Assembly: GCA_963669175.1 (NCBI GenBank)
Contig: OY769902.1
Span: 3,296,001 to 3,360,000 of the forward strand
DNA: 64,000 nucleotides
Origin: a bacterium
GTDB lineage: Bacteria > Electryoneota > Electryoneia > Electryoneales > Electryoneaceae
Reading direction: 5' to 3'
The notes under the pieces were generated by a model that was not told the origin of the DNA, made no database searches, and was given only the letters and a program-made list of their open reading frames with translations. A program made the translations under genes and the position numbers. Below, piece after piece: positions 49,061 to 58,335 of this stretch; position 1 is the stretch's first letter; every line of letters starts with the position of its first letter.

Positions 49061-49195
49061 GGTTGTCTTCTCCCTGTCGCTGTTGCGTTGCGACGTTTTT
49101 CTCCCGTTCTTCAAGCGAGGATGCGAGTATACCTCGCAAGCATCAATTACCCCAACCGGGGTAACAAAACTGTTTAACCAGGTAGAAAAGAAGAT

Positions 49196-50020
49196 ATGGA
49201 ATTGTTTGAGTACCTGCGCGACCGTGGAGAGCCATTGGTCCTTCACCGTATCATGGAACGCATTCCAGGATCGATTGAAGAACAGTTGAATGATATCGAG
49301 TCATCCACCGATAGGGAAGCGATGGCCAATGATATTCGTATACTCCTGCTGATGAAGGGGAAACCACCTGTTTTTCAGTTGTTTAAAACGCCAGGAGCCT
49401 GGTATCCGGCACCAGAAGATGATCGTCTTGTGGATATCGTTGTCCTTGGGGTGAATGAGGAAATCTGCGCACGTGTTTTCAAAGCAGAATTGGACCGATC
49501 TGCCGACAAGAAGAAATTGCTTCGGGCGTGGTATGAGCTTCATTTGAGTGGATACCTGCGCCAGTTGCAGGAGCACGACTGGGTAGAGGCGATTCTATTG
49601 CGTGGTGACATGATCAGTCCGCGACGCTATTGTACAGACCCGTCCGATATAAACTTGTTCCTGGTTGTGAACTTTGAGCAGGAAAATGAAGAAAAACGGC
49701 TTGAGTGTTTTTCGATCTTGAATCAAAGCCCGGGGAAAGTCCATGTTGATTTCTCCTGGCTGGATTTCGAAGAAGCGGCGATCAAACGGATTACAGAGTC
49801 TGGAGAAATACTTCCTGAGTTTGGGAAGCCCGAGGAAAGTGGAGACAGCGAAGATGTACAGGTTGTTTATACCGTATTCTGTCTGCCGACGATGATGAAG
49901 TATCGTGAGAAAGATTTGTACCAGGCGCGTTTATATCACCTGGAATCGGTCAAGCAGGCGGAATTCGTTTTTTCACGTGGTAAAGCGGCACAACGATTTT
50001 TACGATTGATACGTCAATAG
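49196..50020 (+). CDS. Hypothetical protein, possible degenerate nucleotidyltransferase-like C-domain
   Basis: Long ORF. VEAILLRGD...SDINLFLVV weakly resembles an NTase motif. Confidence 0.5.
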   Translation: MELFEYLRDRGEPLVLHRIMERIPGSIEEQLNDIESSTDREAMANDIRILLLMKGKPPVFQLFKTPGAWYPAPEDDRLVDIVVLGVNEEICARVFKAELDRSADKKKLLRAWYELHLSGYLRQLQEHDWVEAILLRGDMISPRRYCTDPSDINLFLVVNFEQENEEKRLECFSILNQSPGKVHVDFSWLDFEEAAIKRITESGEILPEFGKPEESGDSEDVQVVYTVFCLPTMMKYREKDLYQARLYHLESVKQAEFVFSRGKAAQRFLRLIRQ

Positions 50021-50026
50021 GCAGAT

Positions 50027-50722
50027 TCATTTTTTCTTCCGTCTGAACAGAATTCGGCTAACCGACAATAACGCCCCGAGAACCATAGCGGCGATGAACA
50101 AGTAGTATCGTGATTCACCGGAGGTCAGGATCGGGACGGCAACATATCCCTGAAAAATCACCAGGCTAAGAAAGAGAACCGCAGCAGTAATCCGCTTTCT
50201 GTAGGGCGCCATAAGACTGCCGAACCAGACAAACACATATCCCGTTGCAAACCTTCCCAGCGTTGTCGCGAACACTTTGTACCAGTACGGCAGGTCATTT
50301 GTCGCCTTGACGACAGGCATGGCCAGTGTAAAGAAAATGATGTTGAAGACAATAATCGATACTGCGATGGAAACGGGGAGAAGGGTTGTCCAGCGAACAA
50401 TAGCTATCCAACTGACTCGCCGGTTTTCATCTTCAGCTTCATTTGTTGACGTCTTGGTCGCTGTGTTATAGTTCGCACTTGCAGATTGATCCGTCTCCCT
50501 GTCAACCACTGTCGTTCGATAGGAACCATCCTTCAAGACATTATAAGCTGCGGTGATCTCTTTCAGTTTCTCCTGGGCTTTCAGTTGTAGTTCGGGATCG
50601 CCGGGGAAACGGTCTGGATGCCACACTTTCACGAGGTCATGATAGGCGGTGCGTATGGTGTCTGCATCCGAGTTCGGTCGAATTCCCAGTACCTGGTATG
50701 CTTTTACGTGTGGATCTGTCAT
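50027..50722 (-). CDS. J-domain (DnaJ-like) membrane protein
   Basis: YQVLGI..AYHDLVKVWHPDRF..EITAAYNVL followed by about 4 TM helices. Confidence 0.88.
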   Translation of the reverse strand: MTDPHVKAYQVLGIRPNSDADTIRTAYHDLVKVWHPDRFPGDPELQLKAQEKLKEITAAYNVLKDGSYRTTVVDRETDQSASANYNTATKTSTNEAEDENRRVSWIAIVRWTTLLPVSIAVSIIVFNIIFFTLAMPVVKATNDLPYWYKVFATTLGRFATGYVFVWFGSLMAPYRKRITAAVLFLSLVIFQGYVAVPILTSGESRYYLFIAAMVLGALLSVSRILFRRKKK

Positions 50723-50757
50723 CAGCTCCGTTCAGCTTTCAATCGTTTAAATCTGGT

Positions 50758-51978
50758 TTACCACCCGGCAATCCATGAAAAGCCAACGCCAATAGTCAGG
50801 TTTGAAGCCCTGGATTTTCCCATGTATGCGCTGCTGAATTCGTTTTGGATACCCGATAAATTGTCCAGCGTCAACCAGTTGTAGTCAATGTAGGGTTCAA
50901 TAATAAAGTGCTTTGCCAGTATTACTGTACCGGCCGTGATACCCGTTTTATAACTTTGGCGCTTTTCTATCGACTGGTTGTAAGGTATGGCAACCTCTTC
51001 GTTATAGAAACCCAAGCGTATGGGAGTGTCTGCTCGCCATTCTGCAGCAATTCTGAAGGCAAATCCAAGGTCACAGTTAAAGGAGTATTCCTGTCCCTGC
51101 GTCTCAGATTTCATGTTGCCCCAATCACGAGTCTGAAGCTCGGCGTAAAGAAAGAGTTTCGACCAGGGACGAGCCTGTATGCCAACACCGGTCATTGCGG
51201 GCAACCGGTAAACAGCATCCGTATATAAGGGCAGGCTGTTGGATGTTGACGTTTCACCAGTACTGTACGCAAGGAAATTTGATATTTTCATCCTGTACCT
51301 GGGACGTACGATAAAACTAATCATCACATCCTTATGCAATTGCCCATACAGCCCGAAAGTAAACATTGTCATCTTTACATCGCAGGTATTTCCCAGTCTT
51401 TGCCCCGGAACCAGCAGGTAATATTCACGCTTCATCTCCTCAGCCAGCGTATGTGCTACGGACACACCAAAAGCGAGTCGGCTGGAAGCAGCGTATGAAA
51501 TCCCAACCCCGCCCAGATGAAGGCCGTTTTCATAGGTTATGTCCTGATCATTCAGGAAGGAATCGTCACCACGATACTCGATACGTGTATTCAGATCAAC
51601 ATAGCGCTGGTATCCTGCCGCCAGAATGATCCGTTGGGTTTCGTCGCGCATGATTATAGGATATGCGAAAGACAAGCTGTTAAAACGAAATCCCTCCTCG
51701 TGAATCGAAGTAAGGCTGTTTGCGCCTGATTTGTGGTCGATATTACCACTTACATAGGAAGCGCTGGTGTTTACCATATAACTGTACACGGTGCCGAGTA
51801 GACCGGGATTACAGAATAAGGCATTGCCCCCAGATGAAGTTAATGTCTCTGTTTTACCTAGTGAACGGCAACGCGCATCCTGGGGAATTGTCTCAAAAAT
51901 CTGGTATTGTGCCAGGGAATGTGACACCGAAAGCAGGAGATAGCATACCAGAATACTACAAAACAGCCTGTTCATCAT
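50758..51978 (-). CDS. Outer membrane beta-barrel, FadL/PorV-like
   Basis: Signal peptide after GGGAGG, ARCRSLG..NALFCNPGLL plug motif, alternating beta strands, aromatic C-terminus. Confidence 0.65.
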   Translation of the reverse strand: MMNRLFCSILVCYLLLSVSHSLAQYQIFETIPQDARCRSLGKTETLTSSGGNALFCNPGLLGTVYSYMVNTSASYVSGNIDHKSGANSLTSIHEEGFRFNSLSFAYPIIMRDETQRIILAAGYQRYVDLNTRIEYRGDDSFLNDQDITYENGLHLGGVGISYAASSRLAFGVSVAHTLAEEMKREYYLLVPGQRLGNTCDVKMTMFTFGLYGQLHKDVMISFIVRPRYRMKISNFLAYSTGETSTSNSLPLYTDAVYRLPAMTGVGIQARPWSKLFLYAELQTRDWGNMKSETQGQEYSFNCDLGFAFRIAAEWRADTPIRLGFYNEEVAIPYNQSIEKRQSYKTGITAGTVILAKHFIIEPYIDYNWLTLDNLSGIQNEFSSAYMGKSRASNLTIGVGFSWIAGW

Positions 51979-52203
51979 TACCTCCCGATATTGAACGGTA
52001 AAAGAAGCTATCCGTATTCCCATGTAATTGCAACGATATCTGCAATGAACCAGTGAAAATTGTGATTCTGTCTCTCTAACTGTTGCAAAAAGACCACAGT
52101 ATGCAGCACAATAACAGGTGCGCATGCACGAATCCAGAGAGTATGATTCGTTGGATACTGGCATTCCATTGAAATAGTCAATTTTTACAGCTTTATGCGT
52201 TAC

Positions 52204-52219
52204 AGGCATCCCGTTTGCA
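52204..52219 (+). promoter_or_regulatory. Putative sigma54 (-24/-12) promoter
   Basis: AGGCAT-CCCGT-TTGCA with exact spacing, 40 bp upstream of ATG 52260. Confidence 0.62.
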
Positions 52220-52259
52220 CTTGATAATCCAAACGTAACCAGGGAAGAGGAAGAACAAC

Positions 52260-53750
52260 ATGAAGAGATTATTATCAGGGGCGATCCTTGTGTTGCTGGC
52301 TGTTTCGTTTGTCCAGGCTCAGGGCGACTTGGAGCGTTCGGACAAAATGACACTGTTTGTGTACCCGGTTCAGTACGGGAAGCATGCACAGAATGTGACG
52401 CACAATCGCAAAGAATGGACGCAAAAAGAGTTTTACGAAATATTCGTCCTCACCTTTCAGCGCTTTGATTTTATCACCCTCCCTGAAAGCACCAACTTGA
52501 GTGAGTTCGTTACGGATGCTTCAGGTTACATGGACTCCCATGCAAAGGAGATGGTGCAGAAGCGGAATGAGGAAGATGGGCGTATTGGGGAAACCCTTGT
52601 GACCCTTGATGATCTCAAGAACACTATACAGAACAGCTACCTGTTTGTGCCAAAATTCAACCGGGTGAAACAGGAAAAGGATGATGACGGCAACACCTAT
52701 TTCGAGATGGAAATCGAAATGGAAGTGTATCGTGTCATTGATGGTGAGAAACTGACAACCCTTCATGTTGGCGCCGGTAGTGTCGGGACACTGTTTGGCA
52801 CCATTATGAATATCACGGCCAATGCGGTCAGTGATGTGGAATCTGTGTATCAGAATACCGTTTCAGGCTATTTCGAGGAACTGAAAACCAGCATTCGTAA
52901 AATGGACGAGTTCAGTCTCAAAGCGCTGGTTACCATGTCCAATTACAACAGCTTCCATTTTGACCTGGGCAAAGATTTCGGCGTTCGTCTTGATGGACGT
53001 TATAAAGTTTGGCGATTGAATGCTGAAGGCGAGCGTGTGCGCATGCTGGCTTTTGGGAAAGTCCGTGATATTGAAGAAAACTCCAGCCGTGCCCAGATCC
53101 TCATCGGAGGCGCGACCTGGGGTGACCAGGTCGTTGAGGCTGCGGCCATCGGGCTGAATATTGTCCCCATCGTCGGCGCGATCCCGATGGAACTCAAGGG
53201 CTTCGACCAGTTCGCAGATGGAGCACATTACCGCTTGCCAGACGGGAACGACTACGGCGCTGTGGTCTGGGCCTTGCCGGAAGATTCCAAAGGATATCGG
53301 GCTTCAATTGGGATCAGCCTTGAATACAATACTGCCTGGATCACGGGTATCAGCGAATTGTACCTGATGGCGGAAGGAAGCTGGGTGCCGGTTTCAAACA
53401 TGTTTGTCTATAACGGTAATATCGGCCTGGAGAAGAAGTACTATTTCCGCCGTTTCGGCCTGTTCGGTATTGTGAAACTCGGTGTACTCGGTATTGATTT
53501 TATGGAAACAGAAATCAAAGGCGATGATTATGTTGATGCCAGTGATGCCAGTGTTATCGGTATTGGCGGCGATCTTGGCGCAGAAGTAATTCTTACACCA
53601 AATGTATCACTGCAAGGACGCCTTGGCTGGTATGGATTCCCGGAACAGCATGTGATTTCGGCGATCAGTTTTAATGACGGCGAACTGCATCATGCTTCTG
53701 TTCGATCCGTTGGCTTAACCTACAAAGTTGCAGTCCTGATTACGTTGTAA
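52260..53750 (+). CDS. Exported protein with CsgG/FlgT-like periplasmic domains and C-terminal beta-barrel
   Basis: Signal peptide, [41 protein letters not shown] (FlgT-C-like), amphipathic C-terminal strands. Confidence 0.55.
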   Translation: MKRLLSGAILVLLAVSFVQAQGDLERSDKMTLFVYPVQYGKHAQNVTHNRKEWTQKEFYEIFVLTFQRFDFITLPESTNLSEFVTDASGYMDSHAKEMVQKRNEEDGRIGETLVTLDDLKNTIQNSYLFVPKFNRVKQEKDDDGNTYFEMEIEMEVYRVIDGEKLTTLHVGAGSVGTLFGTIMNITANAVSDVESVYQNTVSGYFEELKTSIRKMDEFSLKALVTMSNYNSFHFDLGKDFGVRLDGRYKVWRLNAEGERVRMLAFGKVRDIEENSSRAQILIGGATWGDQVVEAAAIGLNIVPIVGAIPMELKGFDQFADGAHYRLPDGNDYGAVVWALPEDSKGYRASIGISLEYNTAWITGISELYLMAEGSWVPVSNMFVYNGNIGLEKKYYFRRFGLFGIVKLGVLGIDFMETEIKGDDYVDASDASVIGIGGDLGAEVILTPNVSLQGRLGWYGFPEQHVISAISFNDGELHHASVRSVGLTYKVAVLITL

Positions 53751-53794
53751 GAGTAGATCCTGTATTTTTCATCTTGAAAGTTGAAGAGGAAACC

Positions 53795-55159
53795 ATGAAA
53801 GACTCACCGATACGAATTGGAATCATTGACGATGAGAAGAACATTCGCCGAACTCTTAGAATGGTGCTGGAAGGCGAGGGATATAAAGTCTGGGAAGGAG
53901 AATCATGCAAAGAGGGGCGAAATAAAATCAAGCAGGAAGAAACAGATGCTGTTCTGCTTGATATGCAGCTTCCGGACGGAGATGGCCTTGACCTGTTAAA
54001 AGAACTTCGACAGGCGCTCCCCGGTTTACCAGTGGTAATGATCAGTGGTCATGGCACCCTGGAACATGCCGTGGAAGCCACCAAACGCGGCGCATATGAT
54101 TTCCTTGAGAAGCCGATCGACCGGTCACGCCTGTTGGTGACGATGAAAAACGCGCTTGAAGTGAGCGGCTTGCGTCGCGAATTGCTGCGTGTTGCGGCAG
54201 GCGGCGAGATGGTGGGTGAATCTCCGCAGATGGAGAATGTGCGTGCCTGGGTGCAGCGTGTTGCGCCTACCGACAGTCGTGTCCTGATCCTCGGTGAATC
54301 CGGAACCGGCAAGGAACTGGTTGCACGTGCTATCCATGAGGGCTCGATCAGGCAGGATCAACCATTTGTGAAGGTGAACTGCGCCGCAATCCCGCGCGAG
54401 CTGGTTGAGAGTGTACTGTTTGGTCATGTCAAAGGCGCGTTTACCGGTGCATTGAAGGATAAGATTGGCACGTTCAAACAGGCGGACGGTGGCACCCTTT
54501 TCCTGGACGAGATTGCAGACATGGGGCTGGAAGCCCAGGCGAAGGTGTTGCGCGTTTTACAGGAAGGTGAATTTGAACCTGTTGGCGCATCGAAGACAGA
54601 GAAGGTGAATGTCCGTGTTATTGCCGCTACGCATCGTGATTTGAAAGATGAAGTGGATGAAGGCCGTTTCCGTGATGATCTCTATTACAGGCTGGCAGTT
54701 TTAGTGCTTGATCTTCCGGCATTGCGGGAACGAGAAGGTGACGTTGCTGTATTGACTCGGTATTTCTTCCAGGATTTCCACGCGAATGGCCTGCCGCGTA
54801 GAAGAGTAAGCCCGCAGGCGATGTCGCTGCTGAGCAGGTATTCCTGGCCAGGCAACATCAGACAGCTACGTAATGTTGTGGAACGAATGGCTATTCTTGC
54901 CAGCCAGGAGGAAGTGGGTGTCGATGATCTTCCCCATGAAATCCAGGAAGCTGCAGGAGTGGCGACAGCATCCAGTGGAAGCGGCCCTTTGATGCCTATA
55001 GGAACTCCACTGGCTGATGTTCGCAATGAGGCGGAAAGACAATATCTTGAAAGAGTTCTGGATCATACGGACTGGAATGTTAGCGAAGCGGCACGTATTG
55101 CTGGAGTTGAGCGAACTCATTTACACAAGAAACTGAATTCGCTTGGCCTGAAAAGATAG
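53795..55159 (+). CDS. Sigma54-dependent response regulator (NtrC/NtrX family)
   Basis: Receiver domain, [40 protein letters not shown], Fis-type HTH. Confidence 0.95.
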   Translation: MKDSPIRIGIIDDEKNIRRTLRMVLEGEGYKVWEGESCKEGRNKIKQEETDAVLLDMQLPDGDGLDLLKELRQALPGLPVVMISGHGTLEHAVEATKRGAYDFLEKPIDRSRLLVTMKNALEVSGLRRELLRVAAGGEMVGESPQMENVRAWVQRVAPTDSRVLILGESGTGKELVARAIHEGSIRQDQPFVKVNCAAIPRELVESVLFGHVKGAFTGALKDKIGTFKQADGGTLFLDEIADMGLEAQAKVLRVLQEGEFEPVGASKTEKVNVRVIAATHRDLKDEVDEGRFRDDLYYRLAVLVLDLPALREREGDVAVLTRYFFQDFHANGLPRRRVSPQAMSLLSRYSWPGNIRQLRNVVERMAILASQEEVGVDDLPHEIQEAAGVATASSGSGPLMPIGTPLADVRNEAERQYLERVLDHTDWNVSEAARIAGVERTHLHKKLNSLGLKR

Positions 55160-55292
55160 TGATTTGAAACAACATTTTGCCTGCATATCGATTGTAAGCT
55201 GTATACAGGCTGCGATATGAGTGTCCGGTGGATCTGCAAGTCCACCGGTTCATGTCTCATAGAAAAACGAGTTCGGAAAAGGGGGTAGGGAG

Positions 55293-56060
55293 ATGAGTCA
55301 AGCATGCCGGTGGTTCAGTTTATTGGCCATGTCATTAGTTCTGGTTTTTACAATTGGATGTGAAGACAGCGAAGATAATCCAGTAGATGTAAGTGTTGAT
55401 CCGGAAACAGAAGAACTCCTGGCAATTGCAGATGATGTGAGCTCATTACTTACAGATCCGCAGGGAGGCCTTATCGCGTATTGGAACCTCGATGAAGAAA
55501 GCATGATTGATACAAGCTTTACTCGTGACGGGATGACCTATACTTTCGACCACACGTTCTATGATGAGAACAACAATGGTTCAGAGATTTATATTCCCGG
55601 CGAAACGGTGAAAGCATCACGTGAAACAACGATAACAGGAACAATACAAACTGATTATAGAGATGTTGAACTTGAGCATATCGGTAATCTTGTAATTGAA
55701 GGTATTGCCCCGACAAGTACTGAACGGATAGTATATGACTACGGTGAGAGGACAGTTGAAGGAACAGTTACACCGCAGGAAAGTGTAATTGATGTTGATG
55801 TTAAATTGAAGCACGATTGGAGCGCTGAAAATATCAATATTCAAAGCAATATTGAATCACCATACCCCGTCGGTGACATGGATCTGCTTACAGAATTGAC
55901 AAAAGAAGTTGGCACAGGCGCAGCCTCGGCAGATATAACAATAGACATCACAAGTGAGATTCAATTTGATGGAACGCAATATGCTTACGTTGAAATGGAA
56001 TATTTCGGTGGTTTTTGGATTGATTTGGAATCGGGCCAGGTATTGACAGAACAGCCCTGA
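55293..56060 (+). CDS. Acidic putative lipoprotein
   Basis: Lipobox-like TIGC followed by EDSEDNP. Confidence 0.65.
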   Translation: MSQACRWFSLLAMSLVLVFTIGCEDSEDNPVDVSVDPETEELLAIADDVSSLLTDPQGGLIAYWNLDEESMIDTSFTRDGMTYTFDHTFYDENNNGSEIYIPGETVKASRETTITGTIQTDYRDVELEHIGNLVIEGIAPTSTERIVYDYGERTVEGTVTPQESVIDVDVKLKHDWSAENINIQSNIESPYPVGDMDLLTELTKEVGTGAASADITIDITSEIQFDGTQYAYVEMEYFGGFWIDLESGQVLTEQP

Positions 56061-56504
56061 GTCATCCGTTAGAATAGATGCTTTTAATAGAAATACGCTT
56101 CACTAACTTACTTAAATATAGTAATATGAACTTGTATTGTGATGGCTTTTTCCCTGGGGTACATGTGGAGCATAAGACTGCCGTATTCACTGTATCACGC
56201 GTTGCGTAGTGTGAAAGATGCTTATGGAAACTGCAAACAAATATGCGAGTTTTTACTTCTATGGTTTGTGCTTATTTGCGATCATGACATACATCACAGG
56301 GTGCGTTTCATAAATACTATAAATTATTTCCAAAGTATTGTTTCGTTGTTTCCAATAAACACCGTTGTTTCAAGGTATGTGAATCAATAGAAACAATTGC
56401 AAAAAGAAAAAGTCTTGAAACAGTTTCTTTTACAAAGTGCAGGTTGTTAATAGCACTAGTCCGTAGTGAAAGAGAAGAATAGAGAACAATATTTCGATTT
56501 CTTA

Positions 56505-56533
56505 TTGACACTGATGTTGTTCGGCTATATTTT
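56505..56533 (+). promoter_or_regulatory. Putative sigma70 promoter
   Basis: TTGACA (56505-56510), 17 bp, TATTTT (56528-56533), downstream of an AT-rich tract. Confidence 0.5.
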
Positions 56534-56576
56534 AGGCTCTGTAGCGATTGTATTCATTTTTGCAAGGAGATGTATT

Positions 56577-56810
56577 ATGCAGCATGTAAGCGACCGGAAG
56601 TACGCAGAAGAGATGGGCCTGGACCTGGAACAGGTTCGTAAGCTCATCAAGCGTTTGGACATCGCCTTCTTCTCCAGCGGCAAGGGCGACTCGATGGTGT
56701 ATATGTTTAACCCCGCCGAGTTGGACTCCAAGATCGCCGATCTGAAGAGCGACAAAAAAGCGCGTAAGCGTGGACCGCGGAAGAAGAGGGGCGCGAAGAA
56801 AGCTGAGTAA
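56577..56810 (+). CDS. Small basic protein, putative HTH/nucleoid-associated
   Basis: AAGGAG RBS. KYAEEMGLDLEQVRKLIKR is HTH-like and the tail is K/R-rich. Has its own terminator. Confidence 0.7.
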   Translation: MQHVSDRKYAEEMGLDLEQVRKLIKRLDIAFFSSGKGDSMVYMFNPAELDSKIADLKSDKKARKRGPRKKRGAKKAE

Positions 56811-56836
56811 ATTCTTTCGCTTCCAGAGAAGTATCT

Positions 56837-56864
56837 AACCGGTGTCGTAAGGCGCCGGTTTTTT
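56837..56864 (+). terminator. Intrinsic terminator
   Basis: AACCGGTGTC-GTAA-GGCGCCGGTT-TTTT. Confidence 0.82.
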
Positions 56865-58335
56865 ATTGCGGTGGAATGACCAGGTCAACGCGGTAGGCAG
56901 CATGGTCACCGGTTGCGATAGAATCGATTACAGAGGCGTTTTGCGCGCCAGCAAATCCACGTGACAATACCTGGTCAATTCGAAAAATGGGACGGCTTCG
57001 TGTCCAGGTGCCTCCAAGCCCAACCCCAGCAGTCAGCCAGGCATCTTCGAGTGGATCCTGAAGGTATTTTACGATTCTTTCTGTCGGAGTCGCATTCATA
57101 TCACCCATAACTATTGTCGGCATATTGGTTGTATCAACTACTGAGGCAATAGTTTGCGCCTGGTTGGCACGCAGGCCGGCACTGACTATCAAGCCTCGCA
57201 TCAAACCGAACCGCTGCCTGTTATTGGACTCAAGGTGAACAGGTATCACACGCACTTTGCCACCGTTTACCTTGACATCGGCAACGAGAATTTGCCGCCA
57301 TCCATCGTCAAATGAATCCATCAACAAGGTTTTTACCGTGTCTATACGGCCCTTGCTCAGGAGAAGCACACCCATTCCAGCGTCATCTCGCAACTGGGTA
57401 AATACGGCTTCGTATCCCAGTTTTCTGGCTTCGATAATGACTGAATCAACATGCAGGGCATATAACTCCTGTATAGAGGCAATATCAATTGATTCATCGG
57501 ACAAGTAGCGCAGGAAAGCGCCAGGCCAGGTTATTGCAGTATTCAGCGTGGCGACTTTTAGTGTCGGAGTATCCTGATCAATATTCACTTTCGCAGTATG
57601 GAAAGGCACCATCGTGACAATTTCCCATACCAGGATTCCCGCGACAGCAAGCGTTCCCGCACCACGCAACCAGCGTCTTATCACAAAACTGAAGACCATG
57701 AAAGCAAGGAGCAGGACAAGTATGCCCATTCTGATCAACTGGTTCCCGATTGCCCATTCAATCTGGATCAGGAATGATCCGGGGATATAGCGCAGAAGTA
57801 CGAAAGCTGCTACGGTCAAAAGCCCCATATCCAGGATGAACCGGGTTTCTAATGTGAATGCTTTTTTCTTCTTTGACCGGTGATGGTGGGTTGCCTTTTT
57901 ATGGCCCGCTCCGTTATTGCGTCGGTCTATATAGGAGCGTTGCTCCATATGAGCAGGCAAACGCCATCGTGTGGAGCGCCTGTCAGTCCCTCTATGATCT
58001 TCAGTCGGAGGTGTTACTATTGGTTGCGCTGGTAACTCTGGGGGAGCGCTGAAATCAGCTTGAACATCTTTCGCAGACTGTTGTGGTTCAGAGATTGTTG
58101 TAACAGTGCGTGTAGATGCAACCTTGGGCGGTTCGGAGCGGGGAGGACGTTCTTTGGACTTCACTTCCGGTTTGGCCGAAGGTGTTCCCGGGGGCGCCCC
58201 AGGAACCTGCATGTTTTCGGCGGATTTGCTCAGTTTGCCACTGAGAACAGTCGTATCCGCCCGCATCCAGGATGGTAGCCCCTCGTCCTCGTCGTCATCA
58301 TACGACGAGTTGTTTGCGTCCTCCCATTCGCTCAC
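56863..58335 (-). CDS. Membrane-bound endonuclease/exonuclease/phosphatase (EEP) family protein
   Basis: LKVATLN, SIQE, VHLES, MGDMNATP, RIDQV, GDH. TM segment and a long disordered N-terminus. Start overlaps the leuS stop. Confidence 0.85.
   Translation of the reverse strand: MSEWEDANNSSYDDDEDEGLPSWMRADTTVLSGKLSKSAENMQVPGAPPGTPSAKPEVKSKERPPRSEPPKVASTRTVTTISEPQQSAKDVQADFSAPPELPAQPIVTPPTEDHRGTDRRSTRWRLPAHMEQRSYIDRRNNGAGHKKATHHHRSKKKKAFTLETRFILDMGLLTVAAFVLLRYIPGSFLIQIEWAIGNQLIRMGILVLLLAFMVFSFVIRRWLRGAGTLAVAGILVWEIVTMVPFHTAKVNIDQDTPTLKVATLNTAITWPGAFLRYLSDESIDIASIQELYALHVDSVIIEARKLGYEAVFTQLRDDAGMGVLLLSKGRIDTVKTLLMDSFDDGWRQILVADVKVNGGKVRVIPVHLESNNRQRFGLMRGLIVSAGLRANQAQTIASVVDTTNMPTIVMGDMNATPTERIVKYLQDPLEDAWLTAGVGLGGTWTRSRPIFRIDQVLSRGFAGAQNASVIDSIATGDHAAYRVDLVIPPQ

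Noticed and set aside
48221-49177. 318-aa + strand ORF
   Set aside because: Antisense shadow of the clearly recognisable desulfurase gene, with no motifs of its own.
56061-56576. Replication origin in the long AT-rich intergenic region
   Set aside because: No clear TTATCCACA-type DnaA box cluster and no typical origin-flanking genes.
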